Origin: an uncultured Gallionellaceae bacterium
GTDB taxonomy: Bacteria; Pseudomonadota; Gammaproteobacteria; Burkholderiales; Gallionellaceae
Length of the DNA stretch: 64,000 bases
Assembly (NCBI GenBank): GCA_964639585.1
Contig: CAZXDK010000005.1
Coordinates: forward strand, 5,398 to 69,397
Direction: 5' to 3'
Of this stretch, positions 55,372 through 64,000 are shown one piece after another. The notes beneath the pieces are model-generated. The model saw only the letters and a program-made list of their open reading frames with translations, was not told the DNA's origin and ran no database searches. The first letter of the stretch is position 1. Each line of letters begins with the position of its first letter. The position numbers and the translations under genes are program-made.

Positions 55372-56280
55372 TCAATCTTTCTTCTCCATGCAGTGCTCGA
55401 TATGTTCCAGAAAAATGCGAGTTTTGGCCGGCAGATAGCGGCGCATGGGCATCACCGCCCAGGCGGGAATGACTGGCAGGCGCCAGGCTGGCAGCACGCG
55501 CACCAGTCGATTGAGCTGCACGTCACGCGTCACGAAGCTGTCCGGCAATGCGCCGATACCCGCGCCGTCCAGCAGCAATTGCTGGATCACGTTGGGGGAA
55601 TTCATTGCTAGCCTGCCGGGCGGGACGTTTTCCCAATTTTCTTTGCCGCGCGTCAGTTTCCATGGGATCGCCGTTCCGCGCGCGGAGAGCATGCGCACCG
55701 CGGCATGCTGCATCAGATCGTCCGGATGGCGGGGCGCCGGATGCAGCGCGAGATAGATGGGGCTGGCGTAAAGCCCGAAACTTTGTTCGTCTATCTTGCG
55801 CGCCACCAGTGTGGCGTCATCGTCCAGTGCGCCCATGCGTATCGCCAGATCGAAGCGTTCGCCGATCAGATCAACGCGCCGCGAAGACAGGTCTATATCC
55901 AGTTGAACGTCGGGATAGGAGGCTATGAAGGTGGCGATTGCGCGCGACAAGCGTTGTCTGGCGTAATCGTCCGGCATGGAGATGCGCAAGCGCCCGCGCG
56001 GCTGCGCGTCCTGGCTGTGTACAAAATCCCGGGTGGCGCTGACTTCTTCGGCGACGCGGCGGCAATGGTCGAGGAACTCCCGACCGAAGTCGGTGAGCGC
56101 GAGGCGGCGCGTGGTGCGCAGTAAAAGCTTTTGGCCTAACGCGGCTTCAAGGTTGCTTAAACGTCGCGACACGGTCGCTTTTGGCATGGCTAAATGCTCG
56201 GCGGCGCGCACCAGACTTCCCTGCTCGACTATGGCAGCGAACAGGATGTAATCATCGGCGGAAATATTTTTTTGTTCCAT
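55372..56280 (-). CDS. LysR-family transcriptional regulator
   Basis: N-terminal HTH FAAIVEQGSLVRAAEHLAMPKATVSRRLSNLE. Divergent from the pirin gene. Confidence 0.92.
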   Translation of the reverse strand: MEQKNISADDYILFAAIVEQGSLVRAAEHLAMPKATVSRRLSNLEAALGQKLLLRTTRRLALTDFGREFLDHCRRVAEEVSATRDFVHSQDAQPRGRLRISMPDDYARQRLSRAIATFIASYPDVQLDIDLSSRRVDLIGERFDLAIRMGALDDDATLVARKIDEQSFGLYASPIYLALHPAPRHPDDLMQHAAVRMLSARGTAIPWKLTRGKENWENVPPGRLAMNSPNVIQQLLLDGAGIGALPDSFVTRDVQLNRLVRVLPAWRLPVIPAWAVMPMRRYLPAKTRIFLEHIEHCMEKKD

Positions 56281-56283
56281 TTG

Positions 56284-56300
56284 CGGGATAGTCTATCCCG
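56284..56300. promoter_or_regulatory. 17-bp palindrome in the LysR/pirin divergent region (candidate LTTR site)
   Basis: CGGGATAG-T-CTATCCCG, beginning 4 nt from the LysR start codon. Confidence 0.4.
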
Positions 56301-56367
56301 AATTCATGGCTTTATCTATTTTATTGGGACGCCTAAGATGCAGCCACTTTCCGCCAAGGAGCAAGCC

Positions 56368-57234
56368 ATGAATGCCGTCACTCAAGCAACTCTGCACCAA
56401 TCGCGCAGCATCGACCGCCTCATCGAAGGCATGGCCACCTCGGACGGCGCGGGTGTGCGCCTGACGCGCGTGCTCACCGGCAAGCTGCAACGCCGCCTCG
56501 ATCCTTTCCTGATGCTCGATGCGTTCGGCAGCGACGATCCCGACGACTACATCGCGGGATTCCCCGATCATCCGCATCGCGGTTTTGAAACGGTGACTTA
56601 TATGCTCGCCGGACGCATGCGCCACCGCGACAGCGCCGGCCATGAAGGCTTGCTGGGCGACGGCGGCGTACAGTGGATGATCGCCGGGCGCGGCGTGATT
56701 CACTCGGAAATTCCCGAGCAAGAAGACGGCGTGATGGAAGGTTTCCAGTTGTGGCTCAACCTGCCCGCGCAGAACAAGATGGCCGAACCTTGGTATCAGG
56801 ATTTTGCCAGCGCGGCGATTCCCGAATACGTCACCGCGGATGGTGTCACCGTGCGCGTGATTGCGGGCAGCAGCAACGGTGTGGCCGGCGTGGTCAGTCG
56901 CGAGATCACCGAGCCGCTGTATCTCGACATTCACGTGCCGGCGGGCGTGTCGTTTTCCACCGGGGTGCCGGTGACGCATAACGCGTTTATCTACGTTTAT
57001 CGCGGCGCGGTGGAGGTGGGCGGCGTGCGGGTGGACTCGAAGCGCATGGGAGTGTTGAGCAATACGCCGGGAGCCGATGGCGTGATGCTCGCCGCGCAAG
57101 AAGATGCGCGCCTGATTTTGATTGCAGGCAAACCGCTCAACGAGCCCATCGTGCAGTACGGGCCGTTTGTGATGAACACACAGGAAGAAATTCATCAGGC
57201 GCTGGATGATTTTCGCAACGGGCATTTTGCTTGA
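56368..57234 (+). CDS. Pirin family protein
   Basis: ATG at 56368 after AAGGAG (alternative ATG at 56338). Motif GFPDHPHRGFETVTYML. Confidence 0.92.
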   Translation: MNAVTQATLHQSRSIDRLIEGMATSDGAGVRLTRVLTGKLQRRLDPFLMLDAFGSDDPDDYIAGFPDHPHRGFETVTYMLAGRMRHRDSAGHEGLLGDGGVQWMIAGRGVIHSEIPEQEDGVMEGFQLWLNLPAQNKMAEPWYQDFASAAIPEYVTADGVTVRVIAGSSNGVAGVVSREITEPLYLDIHVPAGVSFSTGVPVTHNAFIYVYRGAVEVGGVRVDSKRMGVLSNTPGADGVMLAAQEDARLILIAGKPLNEPIVQYGPFVMNTQEEIHQALDDFRNGHFA

Positions 57235-57241
57235 AATCTAA

Positions 57242-57312
57242 CCCCCTCCAACTCCCCCTTGTCCGGGGGGGAGAATCGGCTCCTCCCCTGATAAGGGGAG
57301 GCTGGGAGGGGT
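57242..57312. repeat. Inverted pair of the GC-rich palindromic element (intergenic)
   Basis: CTCCCCCTTGTCCGGGGGGGAG and CTCCTCCCCTGATAAGGGGAGG, each with a G/C-rich tail (CCCCCTCCAA and CTGGGAGGGG). Confidence 0.75.
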
Positions 57313-57336
57313 TTCTTGGGGATAAAAGGAGGGGCA

Positions 57337-57885
57337 ATGAATACAACTATCGAACGCTATAGCAACACCGCCATCGCGCTGCACTGGTTGGCGGCGCTGC
57401 TGATCTTTGCGGCGTTTCCGTTGGGGGTGTATATGCACGATCTGCCGCTGTCGCCGACCAAGTTGCAACTGTACAGCTACCATAAATGGATAGGCGTGAC
57501 CGTGTTCGTGTTGGCGGTGTTGCGGGTTTTATGGCGTGCCGGACACAGGCCGCCGCCTTTGCCGGGCAGCCTGCCGCGTTGGCAGCAAATAGCGAGTCAC
57601 ATCACACACTATGGCATGTATGTGCTGATCGTTATTGTGCCGCTTTCCGGCTGGTTGATGAGTTCGGCAAAAGGGTTCCAGACGGTGTGGTTCGGCGTAT
57701 TGCCATTGCCTGACCTGCTGGGCAAAGACAAGGCGCTGGGACATTTTTGGGAAACAGTGCATCAGGGGCTGAATTTCAGCCTGCTTGTCTTGGTGGGCTT
57801 GCACCTTGCCGCCGTACTCAAGCACCGTTTTATTGATCGGGACGATATTTTGGCGCGCATGTTGCCGTCAGGGAGACGCAAATGA
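57337..57885 (+). CDS. Cytochrome b561 family protein
   Basis: ATG at 57337. ERYSNTAIALHWLAALLIF and four TM segments with conserved His residues. Confidence 0.9.
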   Translation: MNTTIERYSNTAIALHWLAALLIFAAFPLGVYMHDLPLSPTKLQLYSYHKWIGVTVFVLAVLRVLWRAGHRPPPLPGSLPRWQQIASHITHYGMYVLIVIVPLSGWLMSSAKGFQTVWFGVLPLPDLLGKDKALGHFWETVHQGLNFSLLVLVGLHLAAVLKHRFIDRDDILARMLPSGRRK

Positions 57886-58454
57886 TTTTATTGTTTCGTG
57901 CTGTATTGTCGGGTTTGTTGCTGGCCGCAAACTATGCTGCCGCAGTCGAGTTTAGGCAGGTGCTCACGAATGAAAGTTCGGTGACTTTCGGCTACAGGCA
58001 AATGGGCGTGCCGCTGGAGGGGAAATTTAACCAGTTCGTCGCACAAATGTCATTCGACCCTGCCAGAATTGCGTATGCGCAAGCGCGTATCGAAATCAAT
58101 GTGGCCAGTATCGATGCGGGCTCGACAGACGCTAACGATGAGGTGGTGGGCAAGCTGTGGTTCAACGCCAAGACTTATCCTGGCGCCAGTTTCGTTTCTA
58201 CCGGCCTCAAAGCGTTGGGCGGCAACCGTTACGAGGCAAGCGGCAAGCTCACGATCAAGGGCAAGACGCTGGATGTGACGGCCCCGGTCACCTTTCAATC
58301 GGCGGGAACTCGCGGCATATTTGACGGCAGTTTTTCCATCAAGCGCCTTGACTACAATATCGGCGAAGGCGAGTGGACGGATGTCGGTACGGTCGCCAAC
58401 GAAATTCAAATCAAGTTTCATCTTGTAGTCATCGCAGTACCCGGCAAGAAGTAG
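57882..58454 (+). CDS. YceI family periplasmic protein
   Basis: Signal peptide. Contains LTIKGKTLDVTAPVTF and FSIKRLDYNIG. 4-nt overlap with the cytochrome b561 gene, as in E. coli yceJ-yceI. Confidence 0.88.
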   Translation: MILLFRAVLSGLLLAANYAAAVEFRQVLTNESSVTFGYRQMGVPLEGKFNQFVAQMSFDPARIAYAQARIEINVASIDAGSTDANDEVVGKLWFNAKTYPGASFVSTGLKALGGNRYEASGKLTIKGKTLDVTAPVTFQSAGTRGIFDGSFSIKRLDYNIGEGEWTDVGTVANEIQIKFHLVVIAVPGKK

Positions 58455-58483
58455 ATTCACTTTCAACCACCAAGGAGAACACC

Positions 58484-59050
58484 ATGAAAAAATTCGTAGC
58501 ACTGACACTCGCATCCCTGTTGTCTTCCGTTGCTTATGCTGCACCGGAAACTTATGTGATCGAACCCTCGCACTCCATGCCGCGCTTCGAGTACAGTCAC
58601 TTCGGCTATTCTTTGCAGTTCAGCCGTTTCGATACGATTGCCGGAAAAATTACCATTGATCGTGCCGCCAAATCCGGCTCGGTGGATGTGACGATTGATG
58701 CAAAGTCGGTGAATACCGGTTCCACTTTGTTCAACGGCCATATTCAGGGCGAAGATTTTTTCGACACCGCCAAATATCCCGCCATTACTTTCAAATCGAA
58801 CAAGGTGAAGTTTGACGGCGATAAAGTGGCATCAGTGGATGGCGAGCTGACCGTTAAAGGCATCACCAAGCCGGTGGTTCTGACCGTCAACTCCTTCCTG
58901 TGCATGCCGCATCCGATGTTAAAGAAAGATGCCTGCGGTGCAACCGCCACCGCCAAGGTTAAACGCTCCGATTTCAACATGGGCAAGTACGCGCCTCATG
59001 TGGGCGACGAAGTGACGCTGACGATTCCGGTCGAGTCGATCAAGCAGTAA
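58484..59050 (+). CDS. YceI family periplasmic protein (second copy)
   Basis: ATG at 58484 after AAGGAG. Signal peptide MKKFVALTLASLLSSVAYA. Contains LTVKGITKPVVLTV and KVKRSDFNMG. Confidence 0.9.
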   Translation: MKKFVALTLASLLSSVAYAAPETYVIEPSHSMPRFEYSHFGYSLQFSRFDTIAGKITIDRAAKSGSVDVTIDAKSVNTGSTLFNGHIQGEDFFDTAKYPAITFKSNKVKFDGDKVASVDGELTVKGITKPVVLTVNSFLCMPHPMLKKDACGATATAKVKRSDFNMGKYAPHVGDEVTLTIPVESIKQ

Positions 59051-59055
59051 TTTAT

Positions 59056-59135
59056 GCGTAGGGTGGGCACGTTTTTTGTGCCCACGCTGTATGTATATGG
59101 AAAAACGCGTGGGCACAAAATACGTGCCCACCCTA
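59056..59135. repeat. REP-type inverted pair (same family as 18546..18639)
   Basis: GCGTAGGGTGGGCACGTTTTTTGTGCCCACGC paired with GCGTGGGCACAAAATACGTGCCCACCCTAC. Confidence 0.9.
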
Positions 59136-59169
59136 CCTATCGGATTGTTTTGATTTCAAGGAGCTTTAC

Positions 59170-60237
59170 ATGACCCAAACCCTGTTTACACCCGCCACCC
59201 TCGGCAAGCTGCAATTGAAAAACCGCGTCGTCATGGCGCCGATGACGCGCTGCCGCGCAATCAACAATGTGCCGAACGAACTCATGGAAAAATATTACGC
59301 GCAACGCGCCAGTGCGGGATTCATCATCAGCGAAGGCGTCGCTCCCTCCGCGAACGGCATGGGCTATGCACGCCAACCCGGCCTATTTACCGATGTGCAA
59401 ATACAAGGCTGGAAGCGCGTGAACGACGGCGTGCATGCCGCAGGCGGAAAAATCTTTGTGCAACTGATGCACGACGGACGCGTCAGCCATCCGGCCAATA
59501 TGCTGCCCGGCGCCAAGGTCTTCGCGCCTTCCGCCGTCGCCGCACCGGGTGACATGTGGACGGACAGCAGCGGTATGCAGCCGTACCCGCTTCCCGAGGC
59601 CATGACGGAAGGCGACATCAAGCAAGCCATCGCCGAATTCGCGCAGGGTGCGAAGAACGCTATCGCCGCCGGATTCGACGGTATCGAGTTGCACGGCGCG
59701 AACGGCTATCTGATCGACCAGTTCCTCAACACCGCGACGAATCAGCGCGCCGATCAATGGGGTGGCAGTGTCGAGAACCGTATCCGCTTCGCGGTAGAAG
59801 TGGCGAAAGCATGTGCCGCCGCAATCGGCGCGGAGCGTATCGGTATGCGCATCTCGCCTTACGGTGCGTTCAACGGCACTGTGGCCGACGCCAAGATGGA
59901 TGCGCTGTATCTGCGCCTGATCGAAGAGTTGAACGACATCGGTCTGGTGTACATCCATGTGGTGGATCACAGTGCTATGGGCGCACCCGAAGTGAGCCCG
60001 GAATTGAAGACCAAGATACGCGCCAACTTCAAAGGCAAATACATCCTCTCCGGCGGCTACGATGCGGCGCGCGCCAATGCCGACCTCGACGCGCAACGCG
60101 GCGACTTCGTGGCCTTCGGTCGCCCGTTTATTTCCAACCCGGACTTGGTGCGGAAACTGCAAGACGGAACCGCATTGACCCCGCCGGACTTTGACTCCTT
60201 TTATACGCCGGGCGAAAAAGGCTATACCGATTATTGA
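59170..60237 (+). CDS. Old Yellow Enzyme family NADH:flavin oxidoreductase / alkene reductase
   Basis: LKNRVVMAPMTRCRA, HGANGYLIDQFL and FGRPFISNPDL. Confidence 0.92.
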   Translation: MTQTLFTPATLGKLQLKNRVVMAPMTRCRAINNVPNELMEKYYAQRASAGFIISEGVAPSANGMGYARQPGLFTDVQIQGWKRVNDGVHAAGGKIFVQLMHDGRVSHPANMLPGAKVFAPSAVAAPGDMWTDSSGMQPYPLPEAMTEGDIKQAIAEFAQGAKNAIAAGFDGIELHGANGYLIDQFLNTATNQRADQWGGSVENRIRFAVEVAKACAAAIGAERIGMRISPYGAFNGTVADAKMDALYLRLIEELNDIGLVYIHVVDHSAMGAPEVSPELKTKIRANFKGKYILSGGYDAARANADLDAQRGDFVAFGRPFISNPDLVRKLQDGTALTPPDFDSFYTPGEKGYTDY

Positions 60238-60262
60238 GTTTCGATAACTGCAAGGATAGATC

Positions 60263-60886
60263 ATGCAAATCGAAATCTGGTCGGACATAATCTGCCCTTG
60301 GTGCTACATCGGCAAGCGCCGCTTCGAAACCGCGCTTGCCGATTTCGCGCACAAGGACAGCGTCAACGTGATCTGGCGCAGCTTTGAACTCGACCCCAAA
60401 TCTCCGCAGCAGTATCCCGATACGCTGGAAATAACATTGGCTCGCAAATACGGCGTCAGTCCCGCTGAAGCCGCCGCAATGAACGCGCGTGTCACCGCAC
60501 TCGCCAAAGAACTAGGGCTGGACTATCAATTGAGCAACGCACGCCCCGGCAACACCTTCGATGCGCACCGCCTGCTGCACTACGCCGCCTCGCGCCAACT
60601 GGCCGGGCAAGCCGCCGAACGTATCATGCACGCCTATTTTTCCGAAGCGCTGCCTGTGGGGGAGCGTGCCGCACTGGCGCGGCTTGCGCCCGAATTCGGC
60701 ATTGCCGCAAGCGAGGCGCTAGCGATGCTGGATGGCGACGCCTATGCGGATGAGGTGCGTGCAGACGAAGCGCGCGCCGCAAAATTCGGCATCACGGGCG
60801 TGCCGTTCTTTGTGATCGACGAGAAGCTTGGTATTTCGGGGGCGCAGGCGGTAGAGGTGTTTGCCGACGCGCTGCAACGGGCGTGA
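60263..60886 (+). CDS. DsbA-family (FrnE-like) thiol oxidoreductase
   Basis: Contains IEIWSDIICPWCYIGKRRFE and GITGVPFFVID. Confidence 0.9.
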   Translation: MQIEIWSDIICPWCYIGKRRFETALADFAHKDSVNVIWRSFELDPKSPQQYPDTLEITLARKYGVSPAEAAAMNARVTALAKELGLDYQLSNARPGNTFDAHRLLHYAASRQLAGQAAERIMHAYFSEALPVGERAALARLAPEFGIAASEALAMLDGDAYADEVRADEARAAKFGITGVPFFVIDEKLGISGAQAVEVFADALQRA

Positions 60887-60977
60887 AAATTAAAGCTTGA
60901 TGACACAAAGCTGTCACTAAATAGCAATTAAACCGAATTATCATGGAAGACTACGGGCCTCTCATGGCGGAGAAAAC

Positions 60978-62759
60978 ATGTCACGTGATCATTCGGAACC
61001 CATACAGAAATTAATAGACGTTATTGAAGACCGGCGTTTATGGGTCGTCTTTCAACCGGTAATGGATTTGGCGACCGGTAATATTATCGGCTACGAAGGG
61101 CAGGTTCGCGGCCCATCCGATGATTTGCTGCACTCCCCTGTGCGGCTTTACCGTATTGCAAAACAGGCGGGCAGGCTGCTTGATCTGGAAAACCTCAGTT
61201 GTCAGTTGACGATAGATAACTTTATCGAACAGGAACTGCAAGGCATCCTGTTTCTGAGGCTCAATGCGGATGTTTTTCTGGAGCACAAATTCAAGGAAGT
61301 GCAACTTGTCCAGACTGTCGAAAAAGCCGGGATAGATCCGCAACGTGTAGTCATTACCTTATGCGTACATGAGGCCTTCGATGTGAGCAACCCGAATCTC
61401 CTGCTGAAAATCATTGCGCGCTATACCGAACTTGGCTACAAGGTTGCGGTGGAAGACCAGGGGGAAACATTCTCCTTGCTTAATACGCAGCCGGAGGTTT
61501 ATCCCGCTTGCGTGAGAATCAACGAATACTTAATTCAGGATATCGACAAAGACCCGGTTAAAGTCCAGCTGGTTAAATCGCTGCTGGAGAGCGCCGCCAA
61601 TTCTGGGTTTATAACTATCGCCGACGGCATAGAGACTCGCGGCGAGCTGCTTCTGGCCAAAGAGCTGGGCATTTCACTGGGGCAGGGCAACTTCATCGCA
61701 AGAGCGAGCAAAAAGCCCGCCAGAGCCACCCCGAGAGAGGTCGGCAATATTTGGGCGTCCACGGAGGAGCAGGCCGGCAATCATGAGAACAATGGCATCA
61801 ATGCCATTCTGGAAAAAGCGCCGGTGTTTACGCTGGAAAATAATAATGAAGAAGTGTTCCACGTGTTCGAGCATAACCCGCAACTCTCTGTGGTTGCGGT
61901 GACCAATAACAAAATTCCGGTCGGGCTGATAAACCGCAGCGTGTTTATTAACCGGATTGCCCGGCCATATCAGCGCGAGCTGTACGGGAAAAAATCCTGC
62001 TCTATCTTCATGGACCCGGAGCCGCTGATCGTGGACAAGAATATTTCCATTCAGGCTTTAAGCCGTTTGTTGGCGGAAGATCAGCGCCATGTGTCGCTGG
62101 GCTTTATTTTTACCGAGAACGGGCTTTATCTCGGTGTTGGCACCAGCCAGAAACTGATACACGAAATAACCGAAATGCAAATTCAGTCAGCCCGTTATGC
62201 CAATCCGCTGACCGGCTTGCCCGGCAATGCGCCGATAGACGAGCACATCGACACGCTGCTGGCAGGCGACGAGCCGTTTTGCGTGTGTTATTTCGATCTG
62301 GATAATTTCAAGCCGTTCAACGACGTGTACGGCTTCAGCATGGGGGATGCGATGATCCAGATGACGGCCAAAGTTATCAGTGCGCAATGCGATCCCGAAT
62401 TGGATTTTGTCGGGCACATCGGCGGGGACGATTTCATCGCCTTGTTCCGCAGCCCGGATTGGGAGGCGCGTTGCCGCACCCTGCTGGATAAATTCGGCGT
62501 GGACGCCATGTCGTTCTTCGAACCGCACGATGTTGAACGCGGCGGTTACGTTACCGAAAATCGGCGCGGGGAAAGAGAGTTCCACAAGCTGACTTCGCTT
62601 TCGGTCGGGGCTGTGCCGGTTGCGCCCAGGGTGTTTAAGTCTCACCGCGATATTGCGGTGGTTGCTGCCGAGTCCAAGAAGATGGCCAAAAAAATACACG
62701 GCAACAGCCTGTTTATCAACCAGAGAAGCTACGCGGGGCACTCCGGCCTGCCCGCGTAA
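60978..62759 (+). CDS. EAL-like / CBS-pair / GGDEF-like signalling protein with degenerate catalytic motifs
   Basis: The EAL region reads GYEGQVRG, VEDQGET and VRINEY in place of the usual EAL, DDFGTG and K-I-D motifs. The middle resembles a CBS pair. The C-terminus reads NPLTGLPGN...GHIGGDDF, i.e. GGDDF instead of GGDEF. Confidence 0.8.
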   Translation: MSRDHSEPIQKLIDVIEDRRLWVVFQPVMDLATGNIIGYEGQVRGPSDDLLHSPVRLYRIAKQAGRLLDLENLSCQLTIDNFIEQELQGILFLRLNADVFLEHKFKEVQLVQTVEKAGIDPQRVVITLCVHEAFDVSNPNLLLKIIARYTELGYKVAVEDQGETFSLLNTQPEVYPACVRINEYLIQDIDKDPVKVQLVKSLLESAANSGFITIADGIETRGELLLAKELGISLGQGNFIARASKKPARATPREVGNIWASTEEQAGNHENNGINAILEKAPVFTLENNNEEVFHVFEHNPQLSVVAVTNNKIPVGLINRSVFINRIARPYQRELYGKKSCSIFMDPEPLIVDKNISIQALSRLLAEDQRHVSLGFIFTENGLYLGVGTSQKLIHEITEMQIQSARYANPLTGLPGNAPIDEHIDTLLAGDEPFCVCYFDLDNFKPFNDVYGFSMGDAMIQMTAKVISAQCDPELDFVGHIGGDDFIALFRSPDWEARCRTLLDKFGVDAMSFFEPHDVERGGYVTENRRGEREFHKLTSLSVGAVPVAPRVFKSHRDIAVVAAESKKMAKKIHGNSLFINQRSYAGHSGLPA

Positions 62760-62795
62760 TTTCGCCAACCCGTGACGGCCAGTGCGCCGGAGTTG

Positions 62796-63398
62796 TCAGT
62801 CCGTATTGCCGGCGGCTTTTAGCAATACCCATACCGCGCCGCCGCCGCCCGCATTCTGCGGCGCTTCGCAAAATGCCAGCACTTGCGGATGTTGCATGAG
62901 CCAGTGGCGGGTGTGGATTTTCAGTATTCCTTCGCGGCCCTCGCTGCGCCAGCCTTTGCCGTGTATCACGTTGACGCAGCGCAGTCCGTGTTGTGTCGCG
63001 TGATGCAGAAATTCCACCAGTAGTTTTCTTGCCGTATCGCTGTTGAGACCGTGCAGGTCGAGGCTGTCCTGCGGCGGCCATGCGCCGCGCCGAAGTTTGC
63101 GCAGGGTCATGCGGTTCAGGCCGTTGCCCAGATATTCGGCGGCGGGGTCTTCGTTTGCGCCGTGATCGGACAAGGTGTCGGCGATAAGGGGTGCGGAGGG
63201 AGTGGAGCGGGGGATCAGGTTGCGCAGTGCGCGCGTGGGGGCGATGCGGCCGGTAGGTTTGAGCGGCGTCACGCCTTCCAGCGACTGCCGCAACAAATCG
63301 GCGTCCTGCTCCGGCTGTTCTTTCACAACAAAACCTTCACCACAGAGACACAGATGCACAGAGAAAAACGGATATGGGTGGTTACAGGCAAGCGGCAA
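62796..63398 (-). CDS. Smr-domain protein (SmrA-like)
   Basis: LDLHGLNSDTARKLLVEFLHHATQHGLRCVNVIHGKG. The true start is probably the GTG at 63326 (VKEQPEQDADLL...GVTPLKP). Confidence 0.85.
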   Translation of the reverse strand: MPLACNHPYPFFSVHLCLCGEGFVVKEQPEQDADLLRQSLEGVTPLKPTGRIAPTRALRNLIPRSTPSAPLIADTLSDHGANEDPAAEYLGNGLNRMTLRKLRRGAWPPQDSLDLHGLNSDTARKLLVEFLHHATQHGLRCVNVIHGKGWRSEGREGILKIHTRHWLMQHPQVLAFCEAPQNAGGGGAVWVLLKAAGNTD

Positions 63399-63471
63399 TC
63401 ATCTGCATATCGAAGCGCCACAGTTGCTTTCCCCAGTGTTCTCTGTGTCTCTGCGGTGAAATCGTTTTTGC

Positions 63472-64000
<529 letters not shown>

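Noticed and set aside
19233-57312. Possibility that the recurring GC-rich palindromes are a CRISPR array
   Set aside because: The copies are scattered over 38 kb, occur in both orientations and often lie inside genes. They have no regular spacing and no cas genes are present.

Overview
This is a chromosomal window from a GC-rich proteobacterium, and the gene content looks beta-proteobacterial (inference only). About 60 genes can be supported. No rRNA, tRNA or CRISPR was found. The backbone is housekeeping: LytS/LytTR two-component pair, mlaA, a NUDIX gene, bamD / rluD-pgeF, an MCP, a ZIP transporter, rimO, ykgJ-crcB-DUF190, an HD-GYP protein, nnrD, purL, tpm, mdh, LysR/pirin, cytochrome b561 with two YceI genes, an OYE reductase, a DsbA-like protein, smr and trxB. 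A large fatty-acid degradation cluster spans SDR, fadD, a thioesterase, a GDSL lipase, fadL, a fadB-type gene, fadA and two chalcone-isomerase-like proteins. Accessory content falls into five groups. (1) A 5.2-kb toxin-antitoxin/abortive-infection island splits the fadB-type gene from fadA; it includes an uncharacterised wHTH + nucleotidyltransferase pair and an Abi-like gene with an in-frame stop. (2) A second TA cluster (MNT/HEPN, HigB-2/HigA-2, duplicated higA pieces) lies at 25.2-27.3 kb. (3) An AT-rich 3.3-kb insertion, bounded by a 53-bp direct repeat, carries a 917-aa membrane-anchored protein with a C-terminal SPRY domain. (4) A 141-bp MITE is present in two copies, each with a 4-bp target-site duplication. 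(5) A ~40-bp GC-rich palindromic element is inserted in frame inside purL, the fadB-type gene, nnrD and an ATP-grasp gene, reminiscent of Rickettsia palindromic elements. All calls come from reading the sequence and ORF translations; no searches were run.
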